Of a DNA stretch of 64,000 nt, positions 1 to 13,812 are shown in pieces (the stretch's first letter is position 1; the number at the start of each line of letters is the position of its first letter). The DNA comes from Octopus vulgaris. Its lineage: Eukaryota. A program made the position numbers and the translations under genes. The notes beneath the pieces were generated by a model. The model saw only the letters and a program-made list of their open reading frames with translations, was not told the origin of the DNA and did not search any database. The stretch is taken from positions 61,194,001 to 61,258,000 of the forward strand of contig OX597824.1 in the NCBI GenBank assembly GCA_951406725.2, written 5' to 3'.

Positions 1-59
1 TAAATCTGTTTCATTCATCATGAGATCTCTCTTTCACTTTGCAAGTTACAAGGCACCCT

Positions 60-330
60 AAACAGTGCTGGTGCCGCATAATGTACCCAATACACTCTGT
101 AAGTGATTGGTAATGGATTTGAGCAGTGACAACAAACTGCATGAGAGGGCTCTTTGGTCTTGCTGATAACAAGGCAAACTCTATGGTGTTGGTGTCATAA
201 AAAATGCACCCTGTACAGTGGCTAGTAAGGGCATCCAGCCATAGAAACCATAGCAATAATGAGATACTGATCCTCTGATCTTTTGAATACTATCAAAACT
301 GTCCAAAGTAAACCATTATGGGGAATGTAT
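60..330 (+). mobile_element. Decayed short retroposon fragment (GGCATCCAGCC-type tail)
   Basis: Contains AAGGGCATCCAGCCATAGAAACC followed by an (ATG)n-like tail. The reverse-complement motif recurs at ~2990-3035 and ~5035-5065. Confidence 0.5.
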
Positions 331-645
331 TTAAAATGATGATAGTGAAGAAGATGATGATGGTGGTGATGATGACAGTGCTGCTGCTGCTGATTGTTGT
401 TGTTGTTGTTGTTAAGCAACAAGACAGATAAGGGTGATTAGGTGATGGTCTAGGGTTTAGGGGCGGGAGACCCCAGACATTGTAAAAAATAAAACTTTGG
501 TCATCTTGTTGTAGTCGAGGGCTCTTCGTTGATGCCCGACACTACTGGGAGGTGGCCCTCAAAGTCGCTGGAAATGGAGATCTCCAGGTCCAAATTCTTG
601 AACGGCTGCTACTGCTGGTGATGATGATAACCATATCAGTAATAC

Positions 646-859
646 AGGTTTCAAATTTTGGCATAAGGCCAGCAATTTCAGGGGAGGAGTAAGTCAATTA
701 GATCAACCCCAGTGCTCAACTGGTACTTATTTTATCGACCCCGAAAGGATGACAGGCAGAGTTGACATTGGCGGAATTTAAACTCAGGATTTGAAAACAA
801 ACAAAATGTTGCTAAGCATTTCACCTGGCATGCTAACAATTCTGCCAGCTTGCTACCTT
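646..859 (-). mobile_element. tRNA-derived SINE, family A
   Basis: Minus strand reads AGCTGGCAGAATTGTTAGC (A box)...GAGTTTAAATTCC (B box)...CATCCTTTCGGGGTCGATAAAATAAGTACCAG...GCCAAAATTTGAAACC. Many copies in the window. Confidence 0.85.
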
Positions 860-1424
860 AAACTTTATCATTAATATTGGCTTGTATCTGACATGGTTGA
901 GATGATCTCTTAAAAAAATCACCATTAAACATTTTCCCACCAACATTAATTAAAACTAGATTAATAACATTAATAATTTCATAAGTTTCTGTTTCCTGGT
1001 CACATCCTCATCAAATCCAAATCATGTTTTCATTTTATTCTGTTAACTTTCTGCTTTGTCTCTCCAAATGACTTCATTAAGTTAATTATTTTCTCATGCA
1101 GAAATGAGTTCCCAGTAACAGCAACAGTTCTCATCTAATTTTGGCTTGCCTCTTTGGATGTCTGCCTGCCTGCCTGTGTGTGTGTGTCTCTCTCTCTCTT
1201 CTCTCTCTTTCCTCTCTCTCTCTCTTGCTTTCTCACCAATTTCATATCCCACTGTGTCACATGTGAATCATACTGGGCAAGATTCAATTGTTATGTTTTT
1301 ATCAATTTCATCATATGAGATGATCATCTCGTTAACATAGTGTTTCATTAACATATATAATAACACATGAAACATAGAATACTTTTACAGAAGAATCACG
1401 AAAACTTCATTGTAGAACTTTAAT

Positions 1425-1457
<33 letters not shown>

Positions 1458-3096
1458 TGCTTCTTGCTATGATTCTTGTTTTCATTTTACTATTCCTATT
1501 TTGGTAAAGATGGAATGGATTCTAATTATTAGGACAAGTTACTCATATGCTTCTTCACTACTTTACAATGACAGCGAGTCTTTAAAAATTCATCATCATC
1601 TAACGTCCATTTTTTGTGCTGGTTTGGGTTGGTTGACTTGACAGGACGTGAGGACTTTGAAGACGGCATTGTGCACCAATGCCATCATAGAAGACAAATC
1701 TTAAATAATGATGTTGATGATGATGACACATATTTATGAGGAACAATGATGATTTTCTTCTGTCTTTTTCTAATATATCTTGGCTCATTAGTGTAAGCAT
1801 AGAACAGTTATTAAATAACAAATAAATACATTACATCTTCCACATATCTATAACTAATTTTGCTAAAACAAAAAATTCTGTATTTTCCTCATAAATTCCA
1901 ATAAAAAATGCATTCCCCTTAAATATTTTCTGTTAATTGGTATTTTCCACTTATTAATTAATTCATTCAGGTATGTGTGCTCTTTGGCAAGGCATAGCAC
2001 CCATTCAGCTACCCTGTCAGGGATAAGGCGAAGTCTTGGAACTGCAGCATGGTGCATTGTGAAGAGGTAGTGGAAGAGCTCAACTGAGACAATGGTGCTT
2101 CTTATATTGATACCGAATGGAGGAAGCCTAGAAGATCAACAATCAGGATCAGCAAGCTCTATCAAGAGAGTAACTGCAATACATCCATAGTGGTGGCATC
2201 TATGATTGTGTTAACAGCTAATGAAAGATTCACTATGAATCAAACTCCCAATTTAAATTCAAAACAATGGAATTAGAAGACAGCAGAGACATGGAAATCC
2301 ATGAAAGTAGCAGGAAAAAAAAATGCAAAATTAATTCAAAAGATATGTAGTTTTGATTTTTCATGTTCATAGTTCAAATCCTGTTGCAGTTAATGTTTTG
2401 ATATTCATTGTTCTTGGGTTAGTAAAATAAATATCAGTCATACACTAGACTTGGTTGAAATGACTAAACTGCTCAACAAAAAAAGGTGGCTTTGTAATTA
2501 ATCAATATTCCTTAAGTTAGCTGTCACCACGAATAAGTATGGCAAGGCTAATATATATCATGCATTTTCTAATTGTTTTAGGAGCCTATGCAGTTGCTAG
2601 CAGACATAAACAACCTCTTGATTTGTCCCATCCATTGATCCAGCAGTTCATCAAGAGTGTGACAGATGGAAGAAGAGAAAGCTGCATTAGTACTTGATTG
2701 GTACTCATTTTCTGTTGAATATAGTGGAACAATGTGAAATGAAGTGCCTTACTTAAGGACACAATGTACTGCTCTGTTCTGGAGTTGAACCCATGACATT
2801 ATAATTATGATCCTAACACCCTTACCACTAGGCTACATACCTTCACATAATTAATCCTTGTCATCATCATCATCATCATCATCATCACCATCATTTAACA
2901 TTCATGTTCCATGCTGACATGAACTACTTGGTTTGATAGGATCCAAAGTGTGCAAGAACTGCATTGAACTCCAGTGTATACTTTGGCATGGTTTTCATGG
3001 CTGGATGCCCTCCCTAATGCCAACCACTCTACAGCATGGATTGGGTATTTTTTGTACCAACTGCACCATTGAGATCATGCATTTTACTTAACTATA

Positions 3097-3498
3097 GGCG
3101 TAGGAGTGGCTATGTGGTAAGTAGCTTGCTTAACCAACCACATAGTTCCACGTTCATTCCCACTGCATGGCACCTTGGGCAACTGTCTTCTTTCTATAGC
3201 CTCAGGCTGACCAAAGCCTTGTGAGTGGATTTGGTAGACGGAAACTGAAAGAAGCCTGTCGTATATATGTATATATATGTGTTTGTGTGTCTGTGTTTGT
3301 CCCCCCAACATCGCTTGCTAACCGATGGTGGTGGGTTTATGTCCCCGTAACTTAGCAGTTTGGCAAAAAGAGACTGATAGAATAAGTACTAGGCTTACAA
3401 AAAAATAAGTTCTGGGGTCGATTTGCTCGACTAAAGGTGGTGCTCCAGTATGGCCACAGTCAAATGACTGAAACAAGTAAAAGAGTAAAGAGTAAAAG
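3097..3498 (+). mobile_element. tRNA-derived SINE, family B (full length, ~400 bp)
   Basis: GGCGTAGGAGTGGCTATGTGGTAAGTAGC head, internal (TA/TG) tract, 3' GACTGAAACAAGTAAAAGAGTAAA tail. Homologous to 16010, 33297, 40263 and 59235. Confidence 0.9.
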
Positions 3499-4599
3499 GG
3501 TATAAACTCTGTGGGAGATGAAGTGTGGGGTTCAGCTTCATGTTAGGGGACAAGGGGATTACTATGAGAGATGGAGGAAGAGCAGGTTCATGTAGAAGGA
3601 TCTGCATGGCTACTCATATCTAGTAGGGAAAAGTGGAGGTGGGGGAAGAAAATGATCTATAGGAGTTGCAACAGGTAGATAAGGGTAATGAGGTATCTAG
3701 GTAGCCCCACAAGGCACAAGCTGAGTAGAAGTGAGTGGATGGTGGTTTGCAAGATTATATGGGAAAGAGAATGAAGGGATGGTGAAAGCAAACTGCTAAA
3801 TTGGGTAGGGTTGAAGGGTGAATGATACAAGAACCATGAGCTGGGAAAGAAACAGGGATCCAGAAGTGTGGGTAGGGGCAAGCAGCTGGCCGATGCAGTC
3901 ATCAGGAGTGGGGGACAAAAGGAAAATATGACATGGTTGGGTAGTCTGTAGGAGCCAGGGGAGGATGAAGGAAAGGCAACCATAGTGCGTGGGGTGTAGG
4001 CATCACTGTAACGAATAGAGTACCTAAAATATTGCATTTCTAACATAGCATTTCCACGTAATTAAACAATATTTCATTACTGTATCTGGTTTGCAAGGTT
4101 CTTTATGTGAATTCATGTGTTGAAACAAACTTTGTTGCGTCAGGGAGAGTCACGATGCCAATATTATTAACACACACACACGCGTTCAATTCCACTCCTT
4201 TATCATTAGTTAATTGGTTTAATATCCAATTAACTTATCGATTGTTTGTTCAAGTTAGTTAATCAGTAAGTTGCTTTTACTTATTTGTCAAAACTCAATG
4301 ACTTCTCTCTAATTCTGTTACAGTGAGTTGGCAGAAGCAATATACTGTTTTATCTCTGAGCAGTTGCTGGCCATTTATAGACTCAAAGAGTCTGAGCATC
4401 ATCCCAAACTGGCCAAAGATTTGCACTTCATCAAAAGCTCATTGATGCTCTTTATCCTCTATTTCTAGCCTCAGTCTTTATTACAATCATTCCAGCAACT
4501 TGAAATCATCAATCAGTGTTCCGAATCTATTCAAGTCTTTTGAAGTCTTTCATCCTTTTGTCACTCCCACTCTACATCACTTTCTTAATCCCTTATTAA

Positions 4600-4802
4600 T
4601 CCTTTAGTGTTTCAACCAGTTATATCTGGTCCAAATATTCTACCTATTTTATATAGCTTCTCATACCTTTCCTACAATGTCATTTTAAAAATATACAATT
4701 ACATCATCAAAAAGTTGATGCTACAAAATAAAGTATGAACAATTCAAAATGATGTGAATAGATAAGCATTACTTTTGACAGAGTAATCTGAATGCTAAAG
4801 GG
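4600..4802. mobile_element. TTAA-target MITE (piggyBac-like ends)
   Basis: TTAA|TCCTTTAGTGTT ... AATGCTAAAGGG|TTAA: imperfect TIRs flanked by TTAA at 4596-4599 and 4803-4806. Confidence 0.65.
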
Positions 4803-5574
4803 TTAAACACTTCACTCAATCCTTCTTTCTCAGAACTATAGCATCCAAGTCTCTGCATGTAATGTCAGACTCTGAGTATTCAATCTGAACATCAGTCACA
4901 TTTTCTTCACCAGTTAGGGAAGGTCTGCAAAATTTATTGGTAAGCCCCTAATTTGTAAGAACCCTCATTACTTGTTTTAATGTCCACTTTTCTGTGGTTT
5001 TTATGGATCAGAATAGAATTTGTTGAGGCACAACTTTTTACAGTCTGATGCCCTTCTTGGCACAACAGCTACTTTATTCAGAGCAGCACTGTGATAATTT
5101 AAAAGATGCTGTGTTTGCTAGAAACAACAGCCAAATCTTCCTTGAATTATACACTATCATGTTAAAAAAAGAAAAGATGAGTTAAATATAGTAATTGATT
5201 CCTCTAAAAAAAACGGGACAGTCACTGATGGAATGTCTGTGATCATATGTCTACTCAATTGTTTCTGCACACTCAGTCAATTTGCTAGTCACAACAGTCA
5301 AATTTCCCTCAAATTATCTGCCACTATCTTAAATAAGAAAAAAGATGATTTAGAAATAGTCATTGATATCCTTAAAAAAGATAGGACAGTGAAATGTCTT
5401 TCATTATATGTCTAATTAATTGTAGCTGGTAACAAACTAAAAAACAACAAAAGATGCTATGAAGACTTTCTTGCAACAACAGGTATGTGAATTACTCCTT
5501 TAATTAATAATTCTTAGATGGATAATCAGCTTTGATCATAGCTAATTATCAATCCAAGGATCGATAATCATAGC

Positions 5575-6175
5575 TGTTAGGTAAAATCAACCTCAGCAGA
5601 ATTTGAACTCAGAAATGTAATGAGTGAGAAGGAATGCCACTCAGCATTTTCTCTGGTATGGTAACAATACTGCCTGATTGGCACCTTGGAATTTAGATAA
5701 AATATTTGCCTCAAACTTTGACCCAAGGCCAGTAATTCTAAGGACAGGAATAAGTCAATTACATCAACCCCGGTTTTCAACTGATATTTATTTTATCAAC
5801 CCTGATGAAACACAGTCAACCTTGGCAGAGTGCTAGCCAATGTACTAACCATTCTACCAGCTCACAGCTCTATTTAGATAAACAATTGGTTTCAAATTTT
5901 GGCACAAGGACAGTAGTCTTTTAGAGGAAGTGAAAGTTGATTACATTGACTCCAGTAATTGACAGATACTTATTTGATCGACCTATTCAAAAAAAGATAT
6001 TGATTTCAAATTTTGACACAAGGCCAGCAATTCCAGGAGAGGGCTAAGATGTTTATCGACCCCAGTGTTCAACTGGTTCTTACTTTATCAACCCCGAAAG
6101 GATGAAAAACAAAATGGATCTCAGCAGAATTTGAGCCCAAAACGTGCGCTAACGATTCTTCCAGCTCACCGCCTC
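5575..6175 (-). mobile_element. Cluster of ~4 degraded family A SINEs, head-to-tail
   Basis: Repeated TTTCAAATTTTGGCACAAGG / ATCGACCCC..AAGGATGA / GAATTTGAACTCAG blocks. Confidence 0.75.
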
Positions 6176-6260
6176 TTATTACAATAAATATATTGAAAGG
6201 ATTCCTGATGTGAAACCGTCTATTGAAACATATTGTTATATTTCAGGACTGTAATTTTTC

Positions 6261-6427
6261 TTTTTCTTGCCAAAAAACATGCGCACTATATATTCATTCT
6301 TTACTCGTTTATTATTGTCCTTATTTTATCTTTTGTCCATTGTCTGGATATTAGATAAAACAAGAACAATAATAAACGAGTGAAGAACGAATATATAGCC
6401 TGTGTGTTTTTTTTTTGGCAAGAAAAA
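6261..6427. repeat. Imperfect ~70-bp inverted repeat (foldback)
   Basis: Arms 6261-6331 and 6353-6427 are reverse complements. Sequence is related to the foldback at 42790-42989. Confidence 0.8.
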
Positions 6428-7297
6428 TAATGTTTTCCTGGGGTTAAAAGTAGTAACATAGTCCTAGTCAGGACTACTACGTTATGTTGGCAAATAAATT
6501 TTACTATCCAGTACTGTTACTACATAGATCTCAATCAGAGATTTGAAACTAGTTGTTTTTCTCCTTAAAAAAGCAAATGACTGTCCCAAAATATAACAAC
6601 AGTAAAAGAATTAAGTCAGAATAGTTAATAAAGGGGTGTAACTCTTCTATAAGTTATCTCCCTCTATTAACTTAATAGCACGTAAATTCTCTTTTTTTTT
6701 AAACGAAAGTAGACCGACAAAAGGTGTCAGTAAAAGGACTACATCAACGGTTCACAAAGTGGGCGGTATTCACCCCTGGGAGGCGTGGATACTAGGGACA
6801 AAGGTGTTGGTAGGAGTGATAGCTAAGTCAGAACAATTTAATTTTAGTCTCCTACATTTAAAATAGATATGACAAACTGTTTGTTTACCACAATTAGAAC
6901 AGCAATGTCAACATCAACAGTAATTATATACTTCGAAATGTGAATAACTAAATACACAGAATCGACTACATCTTACTTATATATGGTTATAATGCATTTG
7001 AGTACTGTATACAATACCATCACCATCATCATCAGCATCATCGTTATCTTCGTCCTCATCACCCTCACCATTAACGTCACCACCGACATGGTCATCATCA
7101 TCAGCACCACCACCGTCATCGTCATGGTCATCCTTCATCATCATCGTCGTCGTTGTTTTCTAATACATAGATCTTTTATGAATGTAATTATTCCTCATCT
7201 CCTGCCCGCAGCTCAGAGGTGCAACACCTTCCTCAGCACAGGAGTCAAAGAATCTGAATGCAATATCTGAGATCATGGGCATACTACTGGTCTCGCT

Positions 7298-7432
7298 GCT
7301 TGGAACGGCAAGATCGTTAGCATGCCGGACAACATGCTTAGCAGCATTTCTTCGGCTTTACGATCAGAGTTCAAATTCAACCGAGATTAACTCTGCCTTT
7401 CATCCTTTCAGGGTCAATGAAATAAGCACTAG
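7298..7432 (+). mobile_element. Family A SINE fragment
   Basis: GATCGTTAGCATGCCGG...GAGTTCAAATTC...GCCTTTCATCCTTTCAGGGTC. Confidence 0.75.
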
Positions 7433-7439
7433 TCATTTT

Positions 7440-7920
7440 TGAGCGTCCACTAATTATATGTCTAACTGCCTCAGATGATTTTCCCACATAGTCTACACAA
7501 AGGTGATGCTGCTGTTTTATCAATGCTACACTTGATTGAATTAGTATGTAAAGCTTGTTCTTGGCCAGCAAGAATCAGTTCTGTCTCCTTAAAAAAAAAA
7601 TTAATAAAAGCGAAGCATGTCTTAACCATGTCCAGGATTCTTCATCAGCTTCATCCACTATTTGTTGAAAAAACTTTTCGTGAAGGACTTTTTCTTTCCA
7701 CTTGATGGTCTTTTCTCTATTAGTTTTCATATTGTTGTTGTTATATAATTATTCAACATTTGGTAGTTTGAAACAAATTTCTATTGCATCACCTGCTACA
7801 CTTCCAATGTATGCAGTATTGAGTTCTTTTCTGTTGTTGGGAGTGTGCAAGCTCTTCCTGGTATTGTATTGCGTTAGTTTTTTTTTTCTCGAGGTGTGGT
7901 GCAGTCTTTTGTTGTATTAC
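7440..7920 (-). mobile_element. R4/Dong/NeSL-type non-LTR retrotransposon fragment (post-RT CCHC region), frameshifted
   Basis: Minus strand gives KWKEKVLH, then ETELILAGQEQALHTNSIKCSIDKTAASPLCRLCG, then (frameshift) SSEAVRHIISG, typical of RLE-type elements. Confidence 0.75.
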
Positions 7921-7979
7921 TGCTTGTATTGTGTGTTGAGTGTGTAATGATGTTGGTTATTTGGATTGCTGGTGGAAGT

Positions 7980-7997
7980 ATTATTATTATTATTATG

Positions 7998-8039
<42 letters not shown>

Positions 8040-8250
8040 GAGTGAGAGAGCAGTGCATGCCATCAAAGTGACACTGGGGTAAAATATACGAAACCCAGTA
8101 TACCCATCGTGACTACTCGCCTGATAAAGGCACATGCATCACAACCATACGTGCACGACATGGTGATCTCATATCAAGATAAACAGTGCATGACCTTGCA
8201 GGTGGGGCCCAGTTAGAATTTTCTTCAGGTCGAGTAGCCCATCTCGCTCA
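7980..8250 (-). mobile_element. Probable retroposon 3' end with (AAT)n tail
   Basis: (ATT)n at 7980-8039 abuts a ~210 bp complex segment, consistent with the tail of a minus-strand non-LTR element. Confidence 0.45.
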
Positions 8251-8251
8251 A

Positions 8252-8460
8252 AACGTTTGGACCCGTTGAGCTATGGCCCCGGTTGTTCTAAGATCCTCAG
8301 TTGAATTATGTATGACGTACTCACCAGTTTCAAACGCCATACGTAGCTAGCCTGTGACGTGAGGTAACGCATCTTTGCTATCTGAAAGGAAGACCCGTGG
8401 TTGCTCAGACGATGCTTGAACAAGCTGCCAGTAGATCCGACATATTTCCGTGTCTATGCT
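8252..8460 (-). mobile_element. Penelope-like element GIY-YIG endonuclease fragment
   Basis: Minus strand: KYVGSTGSLFKHRLSNHGSSF...SYVWRLK...RILEQPGP*LNGSKR, matching the PLE YIG..F..R..NH..SF...W.LK...NGSKRC pattern. Confidence 0.75.
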
Positions 8461-10674
8461 CTTGTCCTGGTGGTGTTACAGCCGCTGTTGTTATCGCTGC
8501 TGATGCTGCTGTCTGTCGGGCCCGTTGCCGCCGCTTATGCTGTGGCTAGTGTCGCTGTCAGTGATGCTGCTATTGCTGGATGCGATCTTGGTGTCGCGGT
8601 TGCTGTCAAGAAAGTCGTAGTTGCTGCCCTGCCGGACACATTGCCGGTACTATTGAAGCTGTTGGTATTGTCGTCGTAGTCACCGTTGCTGCTTGATGCT
8701 CTGCTCGTGTGACTGCTGCCATTGCTGTCGCTGCTGTTGTTATCATCTAATATGCTGTTGCTGCTCCAATTGCCCGTGCCGGTCACCACCTCAGTCTCAG
8801 ATATTACACTTTCGGAATTGCATCGACTCCCAACCCACTGGACACTCATTGCTAACTCAGTATGAGTATCCTGACACTGCTCGTGGTTTAGGAGTGCTCA
8901 CCAATATTATTTTAACGCTGGGCGCACAACTGAAAGCTACCCTTAAGTTATGTCAATTAAACAATGTTCTACGTGTAATATTTATGATAATACCGTGGAT
9001 TTTTTTGAAAAGCGATACTGATATTTTGTTGTTATTTTTAGCAATGCAATCGTCCATGTGGAAACTCGCATGTTTACAAGATATGAACTCAGTTCTGTTG
9101 GATAACGAACACTCGCTAATTAAGATCCATATTTAGCAAGAATTAAGAACAATGTAAGACAGTAGACGAAGTAACTAAAAACTACGAGGGGTTGTATACA
9201 TGGGCAAGATTTCTTCATTTAGGCTTTCATTGTCCATATATCTAGAAAGTTAGTTTGAGTACCGCTCCTCTTACTTCAACATATTACTGAGCTAACTGGA
9301 ATCAGCGGTTGGTGTAAGGCATTGTGCTTGCAGTTAGGTTTCTAAAATAGCAACAACCATGTCTATGTAGCTCTAAATAGGTACTGCCAAATAATATAAT
9401 TCTTCACCGCAAGCTGTAGCTGCATAGTGAAACTGATGAGTGATTCATTGGTTTGTACGACTGGTTTCAATCCCTTCCGTGGGAAAGTTATTGGGTTATA
9501 TAAAAGGTGAAATTGGTTTCTTATCTGAAGTATAATATAGGACTGTTATTATTGTCGTTTAGGTCCGGGTCAGCCATGCAAAAGCAAACTATGACCATAT
9601 CGGGCCGATATTGGGTGATCAGCGGAATATCGGTAATTTTTTGCCGATATCGGCCTGTCATCAATACGACATCAAAACGGTGTTATTTTATGTTTTAAAT
9701 TTTTCATTGTCAGTTCCATTTACTACTATCATCGTCCATGGAGAAAAAATTGTATTTGTAGCAGTATTGTGATTTTTTTTAACAGTACTCCACATCGGAA
9801 TATTCTTGTCATAAGCAGGGACAGGGGAAGCAACTCATAATGCAATCCTTTCATTTTCCATATCGATACCAGGGAAATTCAATATCTTTGTCGAAAGTTA
9901 GGATATTAAAATTTAAAAAAAAAGAAAAGAAAAATACATGATTTACCTAGTGTCGTAAATAAGACTAAAAATGCTTTTCAAAACTTGGATCCAAACTTCT
10001 AATTTACGTTAAATTATGATGAAAAAAAGTTGTTAAAATCGTTGTTTTGAAGCATCAACAAACATTATGACGTTTACATTTAAAGCTAATAATTGAATGG
10101 TTATCAACATTTGACAGATTATTCGTTTTGGTGCGCGTAGCCAAAAACAAACAGAAAATAAACCAACGTAAACCTACCACGGCTCAAAATATATTTCAAA
10201 TTTCTCAATGAAATCCTACAGAAATGGATATCATTAGGAGGGCTACAGATAGCTTGTCTACAGATTTCAGACAAACAGTTCTTTAATAATTAGTATAATT
10301 AGTGAATCCCTTTTAGATATTCATTTATTTTTTTATGTCTTGGGGTTTATCAACATATCTGACAGTGAGGATCACTCTATGTTTGCTGAATTTATTATTT
10401 GCATTGGAAATGGGGCCGAATATCAGTTCCTGAGGACACCCATGTAAAACTTTGAGTCCCCACTCACCATCCACCTTTCCTTTTACATGAAAGTGTGGAT
10501 AGGCTGTCAGACATTTCCATAGATAGCACTACAGGTTTGAGGCTTATTATAAACATTTGTACGAGTTGCAATGTGTTCTAAGGTTATGTTTTGACAAACA
10601 TATATCCATGTTATTTACTGTGTGAAAGGAAGTACATGTAATTCCCTGTTTATTTTTCATTTTATTTTCTATAG

Positions 10675-10898
10675 GGCACCAGTTTTCTCAAATGATGATT
10701 CTGAGTATCAAAGACGGATGCTTCCAAAGCCACCTCCTGTCGTTCAGCTTCCAAAAGAGAGAGTATCTCAACCTCGCATGTCTTCTCCAGAGCCAAGCAG
10801 ATATCCACAGCCAACTGACATTCACTATACGCCAAAAGAAAGAAGTGCAAATGTAGCTCCTCCCAACTTGTTGGGAAAATCTGAACAGTTGTTGCATG
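10675..10898 (+). pseudogene. DUF4806-like gene, exon a (APVFSNDDSEYQRRMLPKPPPV...LLH)
   Basis: Polypyrimidine/TAG acceptor, GTAAGT donor at 10899, open frame, phase compatible with the next exon. Confidence 0.7.
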
Positions 10899-11692
10899 GT
10901 AAGTCAATATTATATCGTTGGTATACTTTAGGGTGTGAGGAAAGTGGTTTCAAATTTATTTATAAACAGAAAAATAAAACATTCTGTGTTTGAAAGCAGC
11001 TCTTGGGGTCATTTCATGGAGAGCTGTGTTTGAAATGTTTGCTTTCACCCTGATACATAATTACATTGCTTAAGAAATATTTGGCAGGTAAATGAGGGTA
11101 GAGTCAAAAGACAAAACACATTTTCAAGAATTTTACCAATTTAACCTATCTTGTTTCTAAAGGATTACTTAAAAACAATAAATTGTATTACTCATCCTAA
11201 TTGATCTGTTGATATTTGTGTGAGGATATAACTTTTAGCTTCAGCTAGCCACAACATCTCCATGTTGGACCTTTTCTCTTTTGGGTGAAGAGGTATAAAA
11301 ACTTTGCTTGTATTAGCATGAGGAATATAATACTGTAATATTAACTTTGGTGTCTTTTACTATTCTAGAGGCCCCTGGGGCACTGAAACAAGGTTCCACT
11401 TCCCTGTTAAATAGATATCATAACTCCCATTTCTGAAATATGAGACCCTTACCCCTAACCATGGCAAACTAGAAAGGACAAATAAATATTAGTGCTATAC
11501 TAGACCTTATATAAGGCTACAGATAATTGATTGTTGGTTTAGTGATGTCTCTGATTCCGGAAAGCAAATGTGAAATGAGATTATTATTGATTATGTGTTA
11601 TTCTCAGTATATCTGTAAACTACTAATGTCATGAAGTATACTCAGCAAGTATATCATAACTCTACCTTTTTTTTTTCTATTTTCTGTTTCAG

Positions 11693-11919
11693 TTCGGGAT
11701 CAGCTGCTATTCACCACAGTTGAAAAAAATTGAGAGGAGCAGTCCTAGCAGAGGGAAATGCTGCAGTCTATACTGCAGCTAATTCCACATATTCCATCCT
11801 CATCCTCAATTTCGGAGACAAGAAATCTCCCCAACACAATTCATTACCCTTATGAGAGTCAAGAGGATGTTGAGGCTTTGGAAGCTAAGTTAAGTGATTG
11901 TGCAGTTCAAAATAACATG
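11693..11919 (+). pseudogene. DUF4806-like gene, exon b
   Basis: TTTCAG acceptor, GTAAGT donor. VRDQLLFTTVEKN*EEQS*QREMLQSILQLI...LPNTIHYPYESQEDVEALEAKL...; in-frame stops at 11731 and 11746. Confidence 0.75.
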
Positions 11920-12680
11920 GTAAGTTGTATATTTTACATTTTCATGGTTTTTTCCTGCTGGTTCATTAATAACTTCTCTGTCCCTCTCTAACTGATCTGT
12001 CCACTTACATGTGACGATTGCTTCCTTCATTCTTCACATGCATGTGTTTCCATATCCCCCCCACACACCAAAGAAACTCACACCCATCATTGTGTGCTCA
12101 TCTCAGTACTCATGACTTCAGATTTGATTTGTTGTGAATGTATGGTAATTAAAAATATTTAAGCGCATCAACCTGTTATTCAGTTGAAAAGATTATTTGA
12201 TTAAGGTACCAGCGGGAACTCTAGAAAGTAACATGGTGCTTGTGTACTGTGGTTTACAAGTTCTGTTTTACTGGTAAAATAAAGTAAGTCAGCGAATGGC
12301 AGAGGGTTTAAATCCTCTGACAAGTGGACATCATATGCATACACAATTTGCAAACCTTGATCCTATTTGTATGTTGTCACTATTTGCTGCAAACTAGCCT
12401 AGATTCTGAAATTAACTTTGTGCACCATATATAATTTAATGATGAGATATCTTTCTGGGCCCTTATATTTACCAACCCAAATTTATCACTCTGTCATTAA
12501 AACAAAATTGTTGAAGCCCTTACATCTAATTTATAATTCAAATATGTTTGAAATGATTGACAAATTTTCTATACTCTTAGCTGTGCTTTTTTGTGTTCTC
12601 CTAATATAAAGTGTGAATGTATTATCAGTCATTTAGCTTGTAGAGTGTAAAGCTTTGTAACAGAATCCATCCATTTTCAG

Positions 12681-12840
12681 GTTAATTACTTTGTTGTGCT
12701 TGGGGGTAAAAATATTAGTGACACAGTATGAAGGATACTATGCCACATCCTGACCAGAAAGTTAAGCAAGCTAGATAACTGGTATGGCAAAAAAGGCAAA
12801 CCTTCATTTGGCCAGTTGAAACTTTCATCAGTAATTCACA
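12681..12840 (+). pseudogene. DUF4806-like gene, exon c (core domain)
   Basis: TTTTCAG acceptor, GTAAGT donor. VNYFVVLGGKNISDTV*RILCHILTRKLSKLDNWYGKKGKPSFGQLKLSSVIH fits the GG...RIL...NW.G.KGK..F..L motif. Confidence 0.8.
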
Positions 12841-13812
12841 GTAAGTATCGAAGTTATCAGCCTTTGTATACCCAATTCCCCAAATTGAATAACCATCTAG
12901 TGATGAGCCGATATGTGTATTATCAGTATGTGCTGATATCCAATAACTCAATTCAATATCTACCAAACCAAAATTGATATCTGTGCTCTAATTACACAGG
13001 TGTGATAATGCCACTCAGGTAAGGAAGTTCATCTTACTGGATGAAGTGCTGTTGACATAGCCATCGGCAGCACTACATTTTCTAAGCTGAACTATTAGAT
13101 ATCACAGACAAGAGGTGAGGCTGTCCAACAGTTAGCATGACTCAACAGATCATCCCAGGTGGAACTGTATTTGCAGGTGTATCAGTTCAGAAACAGAAAC
13201 CTGCTTTTGAACATTTTTCAAGATGAGCTATCATCATTACATATGCTGTGCAGCCGACAGCCAATCATATATTGGTTGTCAATATTAGCAGAATTGTGAC
13301 CTTTTGCTGATAATCCACATATTTTTAAAACCACAACAGTTGCTTCCAACACTCAATCAGTTAACAAAGCAGTTGTATTGACATTAATGTTATGGGGTTT
13401 ATGCATTCTGGAGGTGAAACGAGCAATTTTTCTATTATATCTTTTTGAAAGAGCTCAGATCTATGTTTACCATTTACCCAAATCATCAATCAAACCGGCC
13501 CACAGCTTGAAATTTCTTGGGACTCTCTCGGTAAAACCATACAGATATGGATATCTTTAGAACTGGCACATCAAGCCACTTCTTACAATATCTGTATCTG
13601 TATGGTTTTGCTGAAAAAATGCAAGAATTATCTTTGAAAAATGGACATATGCTAGTTTGGCTTCCAGTGTATTGAGATTAACCACTATGTTGAGATACCA
13701 AATGTTATATATGAGAGGATAATTGCTGGCAGATCCTTTTGCAGGTAAGCCTGTGCCCACATATATAACCCTAAAAATGAAAATCATGTTGCAACCTTAC
13801 TAATTTCTTAAT

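Noticed and set aside
419-607. Complex segment next to a (TTG)n tract, possibly a LINE 3' end
   Set aside because: No diagnostic motif and no second copy in the window.
1970-2250. Possible exon near 1970-2250
   Set aside because: Stops occur in the plus frames, and the minus open frame has no recognisable motif or convincing donor.
8470-8850. Ala/Val- or Ser/Thr-rich ORFs
   Set aside because: Degenerate (GCT/GTT) trinucleotide low-complexity sequence, open in several frames.
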